From Amoeboaphelidium protococcarum X5 (taxonomy: Eukaryota; Fungi; Aphelidiomycota): a stretch of DNA of 64,000 nucleotides. Below the pieces are notes generated by a model that saw nothing but the letters and a program-made list of their open reading frames with translations, was not told the DNA's origin and made no database searches. The position numbers and the translations under genes were made by a program. Positions 1 through 13,803 of the stretch are shown piece by piece; the stretch's first letter is position 1, and the number at the start of each line of letters is the position of its first letter. The stretch is taken from positions 781,834 through 845,833 of the forward strand of contig JALDTO010000213.1 of NCBI GenBank assembly GCA_023515725.1, read 5' to 3'.

Positions 1-1354
1 GTCGTTCCTAATTCTTCTTGCGCACCAACTCTTCCTCCTTCCGCTTAGCCTCCAGAGCAGCTTCCATTCTTTTGGCCTTGTCCTCTTCCCGTTTACGCAA
101 CATTGCCTGTCTGGCTTGTTCCTCTTCTTCACGGCGTTATGCTGCAGTCTTTACAGGATTTCCAAGCGGTCGATTCAATACTTTTCCACTAACATGAAGA
201 TTCTTCTTACTGTTGGAGCTGCTATTTCCTTAATTTACAGCCACCTTTCTAGCAACTTTAGTTATACTATCCACAAACTGACCAGCTTTGTTAGCACTCA
301 CAATGTTACTCTTAACTTTCTTCTGACTATCGTTATCTTTAGCATTAACATTCTTTGAACTTGATTTTTGACTTGACTGACTGGATTACGGTTTAGCAGA
401 TACATTTTCCGATTGATGGCTTACAGTTTCATCTGGAAGCTCCACATTTACACTTTACTTCAGCTTTGACTCTTGGTCATCCAAAACATCACGTTCCCCG
501 TCAGAATTGGCATCTTCGTACTACTACTCCTACTCATCCTCTTCTTCTTCCTCCTCCTCTTGTACAGTCATCAACTTTTCAACTTCTAACGTGCCAGGTA
601 ACACATTTCCATCCAGCTACTGCAGAATAGATGCATCATCTTCAGACGCGGTGAAAGAAAGGATATCTGACGCAGGATGAGCTTCTTCATAGCGACTCTT
701 GCTGTTGCTCTTATTAGAGCGATTATCATCACCGCGGGAGTTGTTGGACTAATCACCAAAAGAATTGATAGAGCTACTCAATAACTTCTCAATCTCTCTT
801 TAATTCTCTTGCAAATGACTCGCTTAATCAGTAAAATTGCTCTTTTATCCAGTCTTCTACTTCTTGTTGTTACTACTTTTATTACTGCCAGAGTACGAGG
901 CGCCAGTGGATTCTTAAATATCTTCTTGTTATGCAACATCAAAACTTCTTTTGGGTACTTGTTATTGTATATCAAAAGAGCTCTCTTTAGCCACAACAGA
1001 CTCAAAGGAAGCCTCGGCAATGTCAAATAATTTACCTCCATTAATAGCAGGCACACGTCGATCCGGAATTGGAATCTATTCTTATGCAAACTAAGGTACA
1101 GATACAGAGTCATAATTTTACTAAACTGCCTAGTCTTGATTAATGATATTCTTCTTTTTATTAGTAGCAGGAGTCTACAAGAGCTGCGTAAAATCTTAAA
1201 AGTGTCCACCCACAATGTTCTCCACGTAATCATTCAGCCATTCACAGGCACCATCCACTTCCTGACTAAAGCTTTCCAAGTCCACAGCAGATGAGATTTT
1301 ACCACCCAGCTAATCTTGATATGACGACGCCCAATTCTTCAAAACTCTTTCCAT
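1..1354 (-). CDS. INCENP/Sli15-like chromosomal passenger scaffold (3' end beyond window)
   Basis: Table-6 ORF from ATG 1354. N-terminus ESFSQEVDGACEWLNDYVENIVGGHFQDFTQLLQTPATNKKK resembles the INCENP N-terminal (W-L-N..E/D..L..TP) motif, followed by a low-complexity middle and an E/R/K-rich helix (RREEEEQARQAMLRKREEDKAKRMEAALEAKRKEEE). The IN-box is not in the window. Confidence 0.55.
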
Positions 1355-1574
1355 TTCTTTCTTATATATTATTTTTTTACCACCAACAGTTAAAATGAAA
1401 AAGAACACTGATAGAGTATAATTAAGAACTTTTAAAAGGCAGATACAGTATATGAAATGAAATGAATGAATAGAATAGCACAGTAACGTCAATGAAATTG
1501 TTTCAAGACTGAAGAAAGCGGAAAGATGAAACACGAAACAGAGAAGAAGCGAGTGAAACAGGCGATAGATGGTT

Positions 1575-3101
1575 TCAACAAGACGATTTTAATTAGACTT
1601 TCTGTTTCACAATTGCAATCGCGTCTTTTATAGAGAGTGACTATGGAGCCATGTCTTCAATCAGTGCACCATTCACATATACTTGCATAGAATGCAAATC
1701 TACTGACAATCTAACGGAATCGGATGCCAAATACAATTCCAATAAGAAATTCTCATCCAATGACATTGATGCAATCGCGTCACCCAATTCAGTGCATTCC
1801 TCCAACAAGCGACCGAGAAAGATCTAAGTCTTGACAATTCTAATAACATCAGATAATACTGAGCGATCGTTCAGAGGAATATTATGAACCACAACAGAGG
1901 GCATCACAAGTTGTCCGGAGAGAGAAGTATTGGTATTAGGAAACTACAAACGCGTAATTGTTATAGCACTTCATAATTATACAAAAAAGCTTACATTTAA
2001 TCTCTCAGTGTAAGACATCCCCGACAACTGTTATTCTTCCAACTTAATAATCTAACATAACTAACTATAAGCCGCCTAACAGAACACTGTTGGTTACGAT
2101 AACACCAAACATGAATCAATTTTCTAACCCGATCGAATCAGTTATATCCTAATGTATATTTCTACATATATGACTTGAAATAATTAGGATAACTGTAGTC
2201 GCTTTTGTAGTCATTCTTACCTTAAGAACCTGTTTAAATCTATAATACAGGCACCATGAAACCATTCACCAATTCCACATCCTCAGAGGGAGTCAATTAC
2301 TTGATCTGAGTGAGAATCAACTTCAAATGAACAAACATATTGCACTCCGAATAAATCTTATCCCATTCAAAGAATACTTGTAGATTCACCATAAGCATTG
2401 ATCTTTATCCATTTTCGAGATTAGATTTGAAAGTATCAGCAATATAACCACCATCTTGATCATTAATAGTGTCTGCGGGGAATATTAAATCAACAGAGAA
2501 CGACTACTACTGATCGCCAGTAAATGTAACATCTGCAACCAAAGTAGATCCTGCAAGAGTGACCATCTGACCACCTGGCACTGAATCTTGGTCAATAAAG
2601 CACTCGATACCGAGGTCAGTGGCAATCTACTAAAGCATTTGAGGTGTGATCTGAACGCGTTCTTACTAAACATAATTATCCACACAAGATTGAAATGTTA
2701 AATCTTCCATCACCTGCTGTTGCAGTTCCTTTCTAACGAGATTCAACGCGTCACCCTACACTATTTCTTTTAATCAAATGAACATTTTATGCAAAATACA
2801 GAGTAAAGATGAAATACCTTTAGCTGATCAATCATAGAATTATCATTTTAATTTTAAGTGTCAATTTACATCTAGTCTACTGATGCCTCTTGGAACTGAT
2901 TTACAAGTTGATCAATCATAGTGTCCAGACAAAGCATCAATCGACTGCAATAACTTAATTACCAGCCTCCATGATTTACTACCAAGTAACGGCAATAAGA
3001 TTTAATAAACAAACAAGTAATATAATATTACCCTCTGCAGGTAAGAGTAACTGTTGAATGTACGATTTTAAATCTTAATTGATCGATTCAATAGCCGTCA
3101 T
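1575..3101 (-). CDS. Mediator subunit Med1-like protein (4 introns)
   Basis: Spliced table-6 frame with LQQIATDLGIECFID..MVTLAGSTLVADVTF..VDLIFP, similar to the fungal Med1 domain; ends TGA 1575-1577. Confidence 0.45.
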
Positions 3102-3331
3102 ACTCCACTTGGATCAAGGTTAAGTGACAAGTCTGATGACAACCGTTCCCTTCAGTAATCGGCAGTCCTCTCTTTTGTAACGAAACACCAAAGCTTTCCC
3201 TTTTGCTGATTGGTTATAGAACTTACGCGTTAGATTGTCTCTCTTTCTCAGCTTCAATTTCAATCGATCAGAGTTTTAAACGGCGCTAAATCATCCCAAT
3301 TGAGAAATTATTAATTTAGCCAAAAAAAATT

Positions 3332-4771
3332 ATGGATCTTCCGTTGTAATCAGAAGGCAACAATTTAGAGTTGTATGAAGTATTGTAGTGTGAGTGTGAT
3401 GCATCAACTGACGAGATAAAGCGGTAGTATCGCAGACTTGCGCTGCAGTACCATCCTGATAAGAATTAATCAGCTGAGGCTAGTGCCTAATTTCAGAGAA
3501 TTAATGCTGCTTGGGATGTTTTGGGAAATGAAAAGTTGAGGAGGATTTATGATCAGCACGGCTAATTTGGTGTGGATATGTATAATCAGATGGGGGAGTC
3601 TGCCTCGTTTCTGTTAGATCCCGAATCGTAGGGATTACTGCTGACGCTTCTGTGTTTAGTCTCAGTACTGCTTCTCATATTACTCCTTTTCCCGATATTT
3701 GTAGTCCTCAAAGCTGATGGTCTTGTATAATGGAATTGGGCCGTGGTGTTTATTCCGATTTGGATTTTGGATGTGGTTGGCGGTATATTTGTATTTGCGC
3801 GTTATTTTGGATCTCAAGATCAAGATTATGATTCTTTATCTGAAGATTAGGATAATGATGGTGTAAATATGCAGCAGTAAAATACATAAGACGGAGTGGA
3901 TTAAGACGGCTTGGACTTTGATGGTGTTAACGCGTAGTCTTAGTAGTAGAAGTCTTTTTTATTCAGTAGACTCTCCAGTAAGAAGGTATTGGAGAGTATA
4001 CTTGCGTGGAAGCGATTAATTTAGTACGTGTTGTTCTGTGTATTTTAAATTTTGATTGTGATTAAATTGGAAAATAATGGAACAATGTCTTGGGCTATTG
4101 TATTTGTGCCTTGGTTCATACTGGAGGGAATACACTGTGTCGGGTCTGGGTTGACTCTATGGCAATTACTGGATCTTGGTCATCTTAATTCAATGAAAGA
4201 CAAGTTCATTACCGTTAGTTTACGCGCTATAGATACATTCAAGTACTAGGCACTGAGAATAGTATTGGCAATATTGATTGTTAGACAAGCAGATTAGTAA
4301 TTTACTAATTGGGCAGTCGTCTTCATCCCTCTATATCTAATGTGTGCTATAGCGTTATCATCACCTTGGATCTAGTATCGATTACGTGCTGGACATTTGC
4401 CAGAGAGGGAACGTGTTTATGCTAAGAGATTCGTGACTTTTATCACAGTAATCGTGGCTATTGGTTGTGTATTTACTTTGGCTGTCATTGGTATGTTGAT
4501 TTAGCGATTGAATAATCTCCAATCAACTGGTCCTGGTTTCTAGTACGCAGTGGGTACTATCATGATTCCGGTGTTTGTTCTATTCGGAATAGTTCTTTGC
4601 TGTAGTTGCTGTATATTCCCGTGTATGTTGTGTTGTATGCTTATGGTGGGGGAATTAAATGCGGAATAAGAGTTACGGATGAAGAATGGGCCTTGGTTCA
4701 ACTCTGCACGACGCATCATGTACACCGAAGAGTGGCAGAATTCAACATAATCAGCTTTGAATTAAGTTTGA
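3332..4771 (+). CDS. J-domain protein with TMEM185/Fragile-X-F-like membrane repeats and a cysteine string
   Basis: LYEVL..DEIKRQYRRLALQYHPDKN..FQRINAAWDVL (HPD motif); three 'W.W..VF.P' membrane repeats; CCSCCIFPCMLCC near the C-terminus; 480 codons ending TGA. Confidence 0.85.
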
Positions 4772-4852
4772 TCTTAAATAATATTCATATATTTCGACTA
4801 CTATTTTTTAACAAACATTAAACGCTTTTGTATTCTAGTTTTCTCATAATAT

Positions 4853-5958
4853 TCAATTGGCGTTAAATGATTTGAAAATATCAAAACTTAATCTAAGGAT
4901 CATCTTCAAATCTTTGCGGACCACATCAGCTGCATTCCATTTTGAGCCAGGAATTCCTAGGCGCTCCAGCATTTTTAAGAGAAATAAAACATTCTTCAGC
5001 TTGTCTTCATTAGTCTGCGGACTGATTGAGAATTTGTTAAGAGGCACAAAAAAGTTGCTCAGCACTGCTATCAGGAGGACAAAATTCGTTCCATCGTGCA
5101 TGTCCTGAGCCAAATCTGTAATTTACCGATCAACTTTGGCCAAGTGAGTCTTCAGAAATTCAGTGACCAGATGCTTAACTTGCTCCAGTTCCTTCTCATG
5201 ATTAGAGTCAAATAACGCGTCAAACGGGTCCTCTGTGAGAGATAGCACAGAGCCTTTCAAATTCTGATTAGAACCAATCATATCCGGACGGTAGAATAAT
5301 TTCTCATCCTTGGTCAACTGAACCTTGCGGGTCTTATTAGTTTTAATACCATTTATCGATTCTGTATGAACAATCGCTATAGATACATTTGATGGCAGCT
5401 GATATGGACACTAGAGAGCATGAGCGAGATCTACCAACAGGCAATAAGTCGAGGAGATATCACGCTCAAAAAGACCTTGCAAAGACCACTGATCATTTTC
5501 AGATAGACTGAGCTCCCTCTGGATGAAGCTGACTATGAGCTAAAAATTCTATCGCCTGGCACGATCACTAATGGCAGGTGGAAGTTCTAATGGCTTCCCA
5601 GTGAGTAAAGATAGAAAGTTGGCCAAAATCTAACCATCAGCCAGATCTGAAACAAGATCAATTACGCTCGTCGATCCACCTTTGGTTGTATTGTTCACCC
5701 ACATTGTCAGCATCTACATAAACCAAATGTCCATATTATCGTCATAATTTTAATGAAGCTTACTCTTTATAGCTTTTTAAAGCTCGGGTCATTGACTGAG
5801 GACATATGAAGTTAGAAATCGGATCCTACAATAATTCATTTACAACAATGTATAGACATTATGATAGATATACACTTACTGACTGCGCCCTAATAACTTT
5901 CCCTCTCTCCCACCAGAGCTCTAGCTAGAACATCGACATTTTGATTTCTTTTGGCCAT
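4853..5958 (-). CDS. PARV: Parvin (tandem calponin-homology domains; 2 introns)
   Basis: EDPFDALFD..VKHLVTEFLKTHLAKVDRQITDLAQDMHDGTNFVLLIAVLSNFFVPL..DVVRKDLKMILRL matches parvin CH2; CH1 with DLVSDLADGQIL lies upstream. Confidence 0.88.
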
Positions 5959-6318
5959 TATATCTATGCAATTATAGTACTTAATTACCTTCTCTTACAA
6001 CAATGAAGCAACAGAAAATAAAAGTGGGGAAATTGAAACAGAAGACTTTGGCGGTTGAAACAAAACGAAAACCTTCTGAAAATATATATAATGTAGAATT
6101 ATCACTCAGCTTTATCAATTAAATTCAATTACAATATACAGCAAAACGTATTAAGGCCGTCTACGATAATTTTACACCTAGATTGCGATAAGAAAAGATA
6201 TAATCACGACTTGTCGGAGCTCTGTCGAATGGTCGCTTGAATTCAGTTTCAATTGACCGAATGCCGATCATTCAAGTAAGGAAGTGCCAATGGAGAACAT
6301 ATCTTCAAAATAAATTTT

Positions 6319-7578
6319 TCATTATTAGGGAGATTTCAAAAATTATTACATATACTGAGAGACTTGCTCGTGCTCAGTTAGAAATCCGTCGTGTCCCTCA
6401 GAGCTATTGATCACAATCAATTAAGCATTGCAGCCATTACTTGACGCTAGCTGCACAATCTCTTCTTAATCAGAGACGGGATACAAAATATCAGAGTCCA
6501 CACCAATGATCAGCATGCGGAGATTTGAATCAAAGACAGTATTAATATCACGATTCCTCAATATGTCATGAGTATCAAGCTACTTGGTCAATGCGATATA
6601 ACAATTCGCATCAAATCTCTCCACAAACTTTGATCCCTAATATCGCAAGTAAGTCTACATGTTAAACTTTAAGTCTTCACTTTCTGAATATGAGCAATCA
6701 GCTTCTGAAAATACGCAGCTCTCAACACGATATCGGTGCTACTTCATCTGATCACACTGATAAACTGTACGACCGAATTTCACATTAAAAGTCACAGGAG
6801 ATTTGTAGCTGATCATGCCTTAAATGCGAGCATTAGCCAGACCTTTAACCGGTTGATTCCAAGGTATTATTGACTTTTACTACCCAATATTACTTCCGCT
6901 ATCACTTAAACTCTTAACATTGTAGTAATAATCACCCTGAGCATAAGCTTAGTCACTTTAAATACACAACCGCTGGCACTCACATAACGCGATTCCCCAC
7001 GCTGACTATCGGAGGCCACAAGCTATAGAGATAACTTTCTGTACAGCGGCGGGATATGAGGCAGCCCATTCTAGAGCATACATACCGCCCAGCGATGCAC
7101 CGACAACTGCAGAGATACTAAAAGTATCAGTCCCTAGAATCATATCCAGCGCCATCTTATGCAAGCGAACAGAATCACGAATAGATATGGTGGGAAATGA
7201 TGCCCCATATCGTTTGCCATCAGACGTGGGATCAGCAGTCAGCGGAGAGATGGAGCCATACGGAGAACCGGCCGCATTGAGACAGACTATAAAATCTCTG
7301 TCGGGATCGAACGTTTTCCCACTTCCAATCTAATCGCCCCACCAGCTTTCCACATCGGGTGATCCAGATATTGCATGACAAACTACGATCAAGTTCTCAC
7401 CATTGAAAGTGCCCCAAGTTTTATACCCAACAGGAACATTAGAAATTTGTCGCCCATCTTCCAACACAAAATGCGGCACTTGAATAGTTTACAGGCCATT
7501 TACAAGACTTACATAAGGATTGTGCGTCGCTGATGGTATATCTTAAGAATGGCTACTAGCCTGTTAGAATGCAAGCAT
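6319..7578 (-). CDS. MET2: Homoserine O-acetyltransferase
   Basis: VVCHAISGS..W, GSPYGS, GASLGGM nucleophile elbow, GHDGFL catalytic His motif; 420 codons in table 6. Confidence 0.92.
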
Positions 7579-7766
7579 TTTAATCTATACTACTTTGACT
7601 GCTGTAAAGTGTAAACGTCTATGTAGGAATGGAAATCGACTGATCAAACTTTCAACGAAAACGGAAAAGAAGATATGATGATGGATGATCAATGAAAAAA
7701 GTAAATCCATCTAACACAGCACTAAAGGCGAGAAAATAAAGCCAATTACGTTGTAAATTATATTAA

Positions 7767-8114
7767 TCATTTCTTTGCAGACTTGGCGTTCATTTTAGAT
7801 AACTCTGAGGATAGAGCAGACTGGAATTCAGAAGCAAACTTTTACGCCTTCTTGAAATTGAGGGAGGCAAATGCAGATTACGATGCCTGTGATTACGGCT
7901 TTGGCTAGTGATACGAGCTAATTCTATATGGATCGATGGGGCGGGTATATTTAGGCTTCTAGCTTTCAGCGAGCTATTTAAATAGAGGATTACTGGATAC
8001 ATTCTGATGCAGTTTATGTGCAGCACTCTAGAAAGTCTCACTATTCGCCAATCGCTTCGTAACAAACTCATTAGCAAGCCAGCCAAACACACGATTAAAT
8101 ATCATTTTAGACAT
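7767..8114 (-). CDS. Small protein, NCBP2AS2/Mrx7-like
   Basis: MSKMIFNRVFGWLANEFVTKRLANSETFQSAAHKLHQ...AQKFASEFQSALSSEL; 116 codons in table 6. Family call is from remembered similarity only. Confidence 0.55.
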
Positions 8115-8478
8115 CTTGATGATAATGATAACAGCAGCTGTTTAGCCCTTTTAATAATAATCTTTAAAATTACAAGAATAAAAGATTAAATGCGTAGATA
8201 GCGGTGCAAAAGAAATGAAAAAGCGATTTTCAATGACGATAGCGGCACAAGTCTGACTTTTCCCGAACGCGTTGATCGACGAAGCCGATGGTCAATTCCC
8301 CCCGCCTGGATCAAACAAGTCGTCTGATTGAGCATTACCGGCAATGATCTTGGCTGATAAATGGGCTCAAAATAGACATGATTTAAAGTCAAAATAATTA
8401 CTATATTTTTATATTATCTTTCTTATCAAATGCTTTCTCTTAATAATTGATAATCGATTTTATATTTTACTAGTGTCA

Positions 8479-9441
8479 ATGTCATCCCTTGCTGCAAAGT
8501 AAACACCATCTACGTCTGCTACTGCTTCGATACCTGTGTTTTCAACCACAATTGGCGCGTCTATTGATGCATTTTATCGCAGTGGCATGAACTCTCTGCT
8601 CAACCAGCGGCTCACTAAGCTTATGACTTAATCATCTTCTGCAATGTCATCGCCGTCAACACCACCGCCGTCCAAGATTAGATACTTTCCAAACATGCAG
8701 TATCAGTTGCCGACGCGTATTCTGTATATTAATGGCATTAAGACTATGCGAGTATACGTGGAGAGGTAGAAAGCGACGTTATACTAGAATGGCACCATTG
8801 TCAATCCATGGCAGTAGAAATTGGTTGAAACAACAGCAGCCATTATCCCAGGCCTCACAATGACTCCGCTGAGTTCGTTGCTGGAAGCGTCCAATGCTGG
8901 TCATATGAACAAAGAACACCTGCTGAAAAGAGCGACTCGTGGCTTTGTACCTAGATCCATAAGGGAGGTAATTTTCGCTATTGGACTGAATCAGGCTAGT
9001 GATATTATGACTACATCATCTCATTTATTGAAAGTCACCTAACCATTGAACGCGATGCAGATGAAACTGTCAAAATCAGACCAAGCTGAAACGATTAATA
9101 GTTTTGCTGGTACTATCTGCGCAGGTATTATTGCTGGATACATCAGTCATGTGCCACACAACCTATCCACTTTAAAACTCCTCAATCCATCAGTATCATA
9201 CCATGGCCACTTTTAGACACTGTTATCCGCTGGTAAAGTGACATCGGCTCAATCTCACACTGTCTATGGTAACATTTTGCGAATAGTCAAGACTTTTGTT
9301 CTACCAAAAGGCGTAATGATTAGAACTCTTTAAATCACGGGATCCTTTGTCATTATAAATGGAGTCATTTCAATTTGTAAAAGTCGAAACTTTGAAGATA
9401 GACTTGCACAATCAATTCAAATTAAGCGCGTTGCCCTCTGA
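8479..9441 (+). CDS. Divergent mitochondrial-carrier-like membrane protein
   Basis: 321-codon table-6 ORF with carrier-like helices: PGLTMTPLSSLLE, RGFVPRSIREVIFAIG, AGIIAGYISHVPHNLSTLK, KGVMIRTLQI. Confidence 0.6.
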
Positions 9442-9569
9442 AAGTGTCATGAATAATGTGATAAAATTCAATATGGTTGATTGAACAAATTTAAATTTTT
9501 TATGTACTTCAACTAAATTGTATTCAATTTTAATGTCAAATGCAACCAACATAATGAGCATACGATATC

Positions 9570-10142
9570 TCATACCAGAATGCGGTCAAATTATACGCCA
9601 TCAACGGTAGATCCTGCCATTGAGTAACGAACGTTTCGCTCAAACTTCACGGGGTCTTTCCGCATCACCTGAGCAGCATCCTTATTAAGAGGGTCGTCGG
9701 CATTGGGTTCAAGAAATAAAAAGTTGAGACCCATAATGATAGCTTGCAGATTGAGAACAGGCGTCCAATCTTCTCTCAGTATATTCAAACACACATTTCC
9801 CTCCAAATCAATGTTGGGATGATAAATTTTCTGAGTACATGTGACTTTTGGCGGATCATGAGGATACGATGTCTTGAATTTAAATGAGAGTTTAAATCGA
9901 CCACCTTTGTATACACCTTCATCGGGGGTGATATAAAGGAAGAAATTCAGCAAATCATTATGATCAGGTATTTCCAATTTACATGATAGAGGCAGGTCCA
10001 GTTATGACATGTCAGTTTGTAATCTAATCTAACACGCGGCAGCCTTTTTCCCTTGCGAATCCAGAGACTATTAAGACGTGCTATCAGTACTACTTTGAGA
10101 TTATTAGCTCTTTTATTGCTTCAGTGCAAACAGTTTTATCAT
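9570..10142 (-). CDS. UBC12: NEDD8-conjugating E2 enzyme
   Basis: [12 protein letters not shown]-terminal E1-docking peptide; [19 protein letters not shown] active site; 191 codons. Confidence 0.97.
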
Positions 10143-10599
10143 ATTTAATGAGTAGTTTTAGTTCAGAGGTATGGTAAACACTGCAGATTCAATGCTCAGT
10201 AAATATTTTTGACCAGGAAAGCTTCACTGAATGAACGAAGAAGACTGAGCGAGAACTGCCATTATAAACGCTCAGCTCCTCGTGGCTGTGACGCAAATCG
10301 AATCAAATTTCGTATGTATTATGGTGGCTTTTCACTCGAATACAAGCTTAGGTGTACGATCTACTACGCGAGTATCTATACGTTCCTCATTTATTGTACT
10401 TCCCGTCATCAAACAAGGCTATTTTTAAACTTTGTAATCATTAGTGGGTGGATGTAGTAGCTGACGCAAAGTAAACTTAGCAACAAGGAATTTTCTCTTT
10501 GATAACGAATCGAAGCTTCATACTATCATCATTAACACTGATAGTAAACTCCAAGTGTTACCTGAATAGCTATCTTTTGTAGCATAACTAATCATATTG

Positions 10600-11715
10600 A
10601 TGTCTCTCTTTGCTTGCTGCTTTGGAGGCAATGGCAAGGGCGTTAAAGATGAAGTTGATCTGTAGATTTAAGAACAGTTGAAACAGGCCGCTTTATAGGA
10701 TAAATTGAAATTTAAAGTACTGCTCCTGGGGTCTGGTGAAAGTGGAAAATCCACAGTCCTGAGATAATTGAAGCTCATCTATAAAATCAATCCTTCAGCG
10801 AAAGAGGTTCGAGAATATGCTTATGGCTTGAAGCGTAATGCTCTGGAAAGTATGATTGTATTGATCAATCAAGCCCAGGCGTTCAATTACTAGCTGGAGA
10901 ATGGTGAGCTGATTGCAAAAGCCGAAGCTTTGTTGAAGATTGGTAGCGATGCCGCTGATGAGGAGATTACTGTATAAATTGCGGATTCTATTAAAACTCT
11001 ATGGTAATCATTAGTGATTTAGCAAACGTTTGCACGGAGAAATGAATTTTGGATCCTTGACTCGGCCGAGTATTACTTTGAGAATATTGAGAGATTTGTT
11101 CAAGACGATTTTACACCGTCAGAGGAGGATTTGGTGATGGCGCGCATAATGACCACGGGTATTGTAACAACTGAGATCTCGAATCCTCCGCTTCAGTTTG
11201 TAATTGTTGATGTAGGCGGACAGAGAAATGAACGCCGCAAATGGATCCACTGCTTTGATGATGTGAGTGCTATAATCTTTGTTGTGAATCTAGCTGGTTA
11301 TAACTCTGTCTTATTTGAAGATCGAAACACCAACAGAATGGAGGAGTGCCTCAATCTCTTCAAATAGACTGTGAATAACTCTGTCTTTGCCAGCACTCCA
11401 GTATTTTTGGTGTTTAATAAGAAGGATCTATTTGAGAAGCTGATTAAAACTACACCGATCAATGCCTGTCCCGCGTTTGAAGATTATGAAGGTAGCTCTG
11501 ATGCAATGGAGTGCCTTAATTATATCACGGCAAAATTCAAATCTGTCGCGGCTGATAGTAATGACGATCGCATAAAAATTGTGCATATAGCCGCAAGGTT
11601 CAAGCGAGATGTAAAGACCACTTGGGATGATATGGTGTCATTTCTCAAGAAAAAGAACTAGAAGCAGATTGAATAGGCTACGAAAGCATTAGGCCTGGCA
11701 AAAGAATAGAATTGA
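10600..11715 (+). CDS. Heterotrimeric G-protein alpha subunit
   Basis: LLLGSGESGKST, RIMTTGI, DVGGQRNERRKWIHCF, NKKD; intronless table-6 ORF. Confidence 0.95.
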
Positions 11716-11769
11716 TGTTATTTTCTTCTTATTATCATCCACTTCTTCTTTACATTTCAACACCTCTTT

Positions 11770-13803
11770 TCATTACAAATCCTTTGCAATAATAATATTG
11801 TCCTATTGTTGTGTTCCTTTAAGTCTAAGACAATGTTCATTAGCTAAGTGAAGCATACAGATGAAATAGAACGGCACCGTTATATCAGCAGCGACTTTAG
11901 GAGGATACGAACTTGACACTTTTCTAATCGCCTACTGCAGATCAGTACCTCCACTACATGCTCTCAAAACTTGCCACAAACGTTGCTTCAAATCTTTAAC
12001 GTCAACCTTCTTCGCCTTGGTGGAGAAATTCAATGCAGGCTGCTCTTACAATTTAGGCATCTTACTCAGGTAATTTTACTATTGCTGAAATTCACCAATT
12101 GGCAAAGGATCACATGAATTTCCAAGTTAACCGCTTAGAGCATCAGGAGTAAACATTGGGAGATCGGCGCTTTGAGGTTATATGTAATCCTGTTCATCAT
12201 CATCAATATCGGCGGGAAGGCCGTTATAATCGTGATCACTCTGAGCATCGCTGACTATATCTTAATTATAAATTTTCCACGAACGTACGTCGATATCATC
12301 TCTGAGAAATAGCTTAAAGGCCTAATCTCTTGTAATCGTACCTTTTGATGACCGCAAATTGTCTTCAACGCGATACTATTCAATTGTACTCATAGGAATC
12401 AATGTACTCTCCTTGGACGCCTTACTAATAGACTTCACCTTAAGTTTAGACACTTGCCTTTTGCTTCGTAGATCCACAAAAGATAGAGTAAATTAAGACC
12501 TTTTACCAGCAGTAGTGGAGGCCGACTTTTTAGTAGATTAACGCGCGGATAATTCAGACTCTGGAGCATTGCCATTAACAAGAGTCTGACGCAATTTTCT
12601 CCAGCGAGGCTAATCATATAATGTCTCATTAGCTTTCTGTTCATCAAAGTACGAGAAGGCGGAAGTTTGCGTTTTGAGCAGTTGAGCCTTGACTTCATCC
12701 GGAATTTCAAATCTAGCAGTCAATGGCATTTCATCTTCATCCATCGGATATGACTCAGGCAAAGCATAATCCATATTATCATCATTAAAGTCATTAATAG
12801 CCACAGAAGGATTCTCCAATTCGGCGTCTTCCAACAACTGATCTATTTATGAAACTTGAACAACCGGATAAGCTGCAACTGATCTATCAGAACCAATATC
12901 AAATTCCTTGGTATTAACTCCGTGCAGTTCGTACTACTCCAGTAATTAGTCCAGAGACATCTTCTGACTAAATGCAAAATGACTCAACGGAGGACACAAG
13001 GTTGTTTGCGGAATCTAAGCAATAATGTCCTCAACTTCAACTTTAAGACTGCTAAGATCAATATGCGTCTGCAATACTTTCAAGTCCTCATAAGTGTTAT
13101 AGACAGAGAACGGAACAGTGGTATCAAAATCATACTAGCAGAGACCATGTACTTCAATATGATTTAAGAGGAGAGCATTGGATCCACTTTCTTCAGTAGC
13201 TGCACAAATCTTTTTAAACAATGGATCGCACTAATGATCTAAATCAAGCTGCTTCAAGTTTAAAGATGCAACATTCTTCTCAATGTTATTAATACCATTA
13301 TTGTGCCCACGGTTCTACTTTTTCTTTAATGCCAATTACTGCTTCTTCCTTTTCAATCTCACATCATCAGTATCATCGCCATCACCATCCATATCAAGAC
13401 CATGGTCGTCATTATCCGCAGCCTCGTCATCTTCGCCATCGTTCATTCTTCGCGAACCGTTCAGTCCACTCAGCAGACGGCCAGTCTCTGTGAACACGGC
13501 GTCCACTCTGTTGGAGTACACTTTTACACAACCATCGAGGGTACAACTAGCTTTGGTGAAGTTAATTCCATCCTGAGATCCTATACTAGTACTACTACTG
13601 CCACCATTGGTATCTTTGAACAAGTGCAAATTATGAAAATAGTCTATCAAATGGACAGACCAGCTGTTCTTGACATTGATTTTGTTATCAGAAGCAATCT
13701 TCATCCACACATCATAATTCTTATCCAGTTCATCTGCAGCTTTAGGCGAATCCAATTTTATATTTTAGTCCTGCAATATCTACGGCTATCTTGTTCTAGT
13801 CAT
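11770..13803 (-). CDS. BRN1: Condensin I kleisin (CAP-H/barren)
   Basis: WMKIASDNKINVKNSW..LIDYF, NFTKASCTLDGCVKVYSNRVD, DPLFKK, C-terminal FICMLHLANE; 678 codons. Confidence 0.95.
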
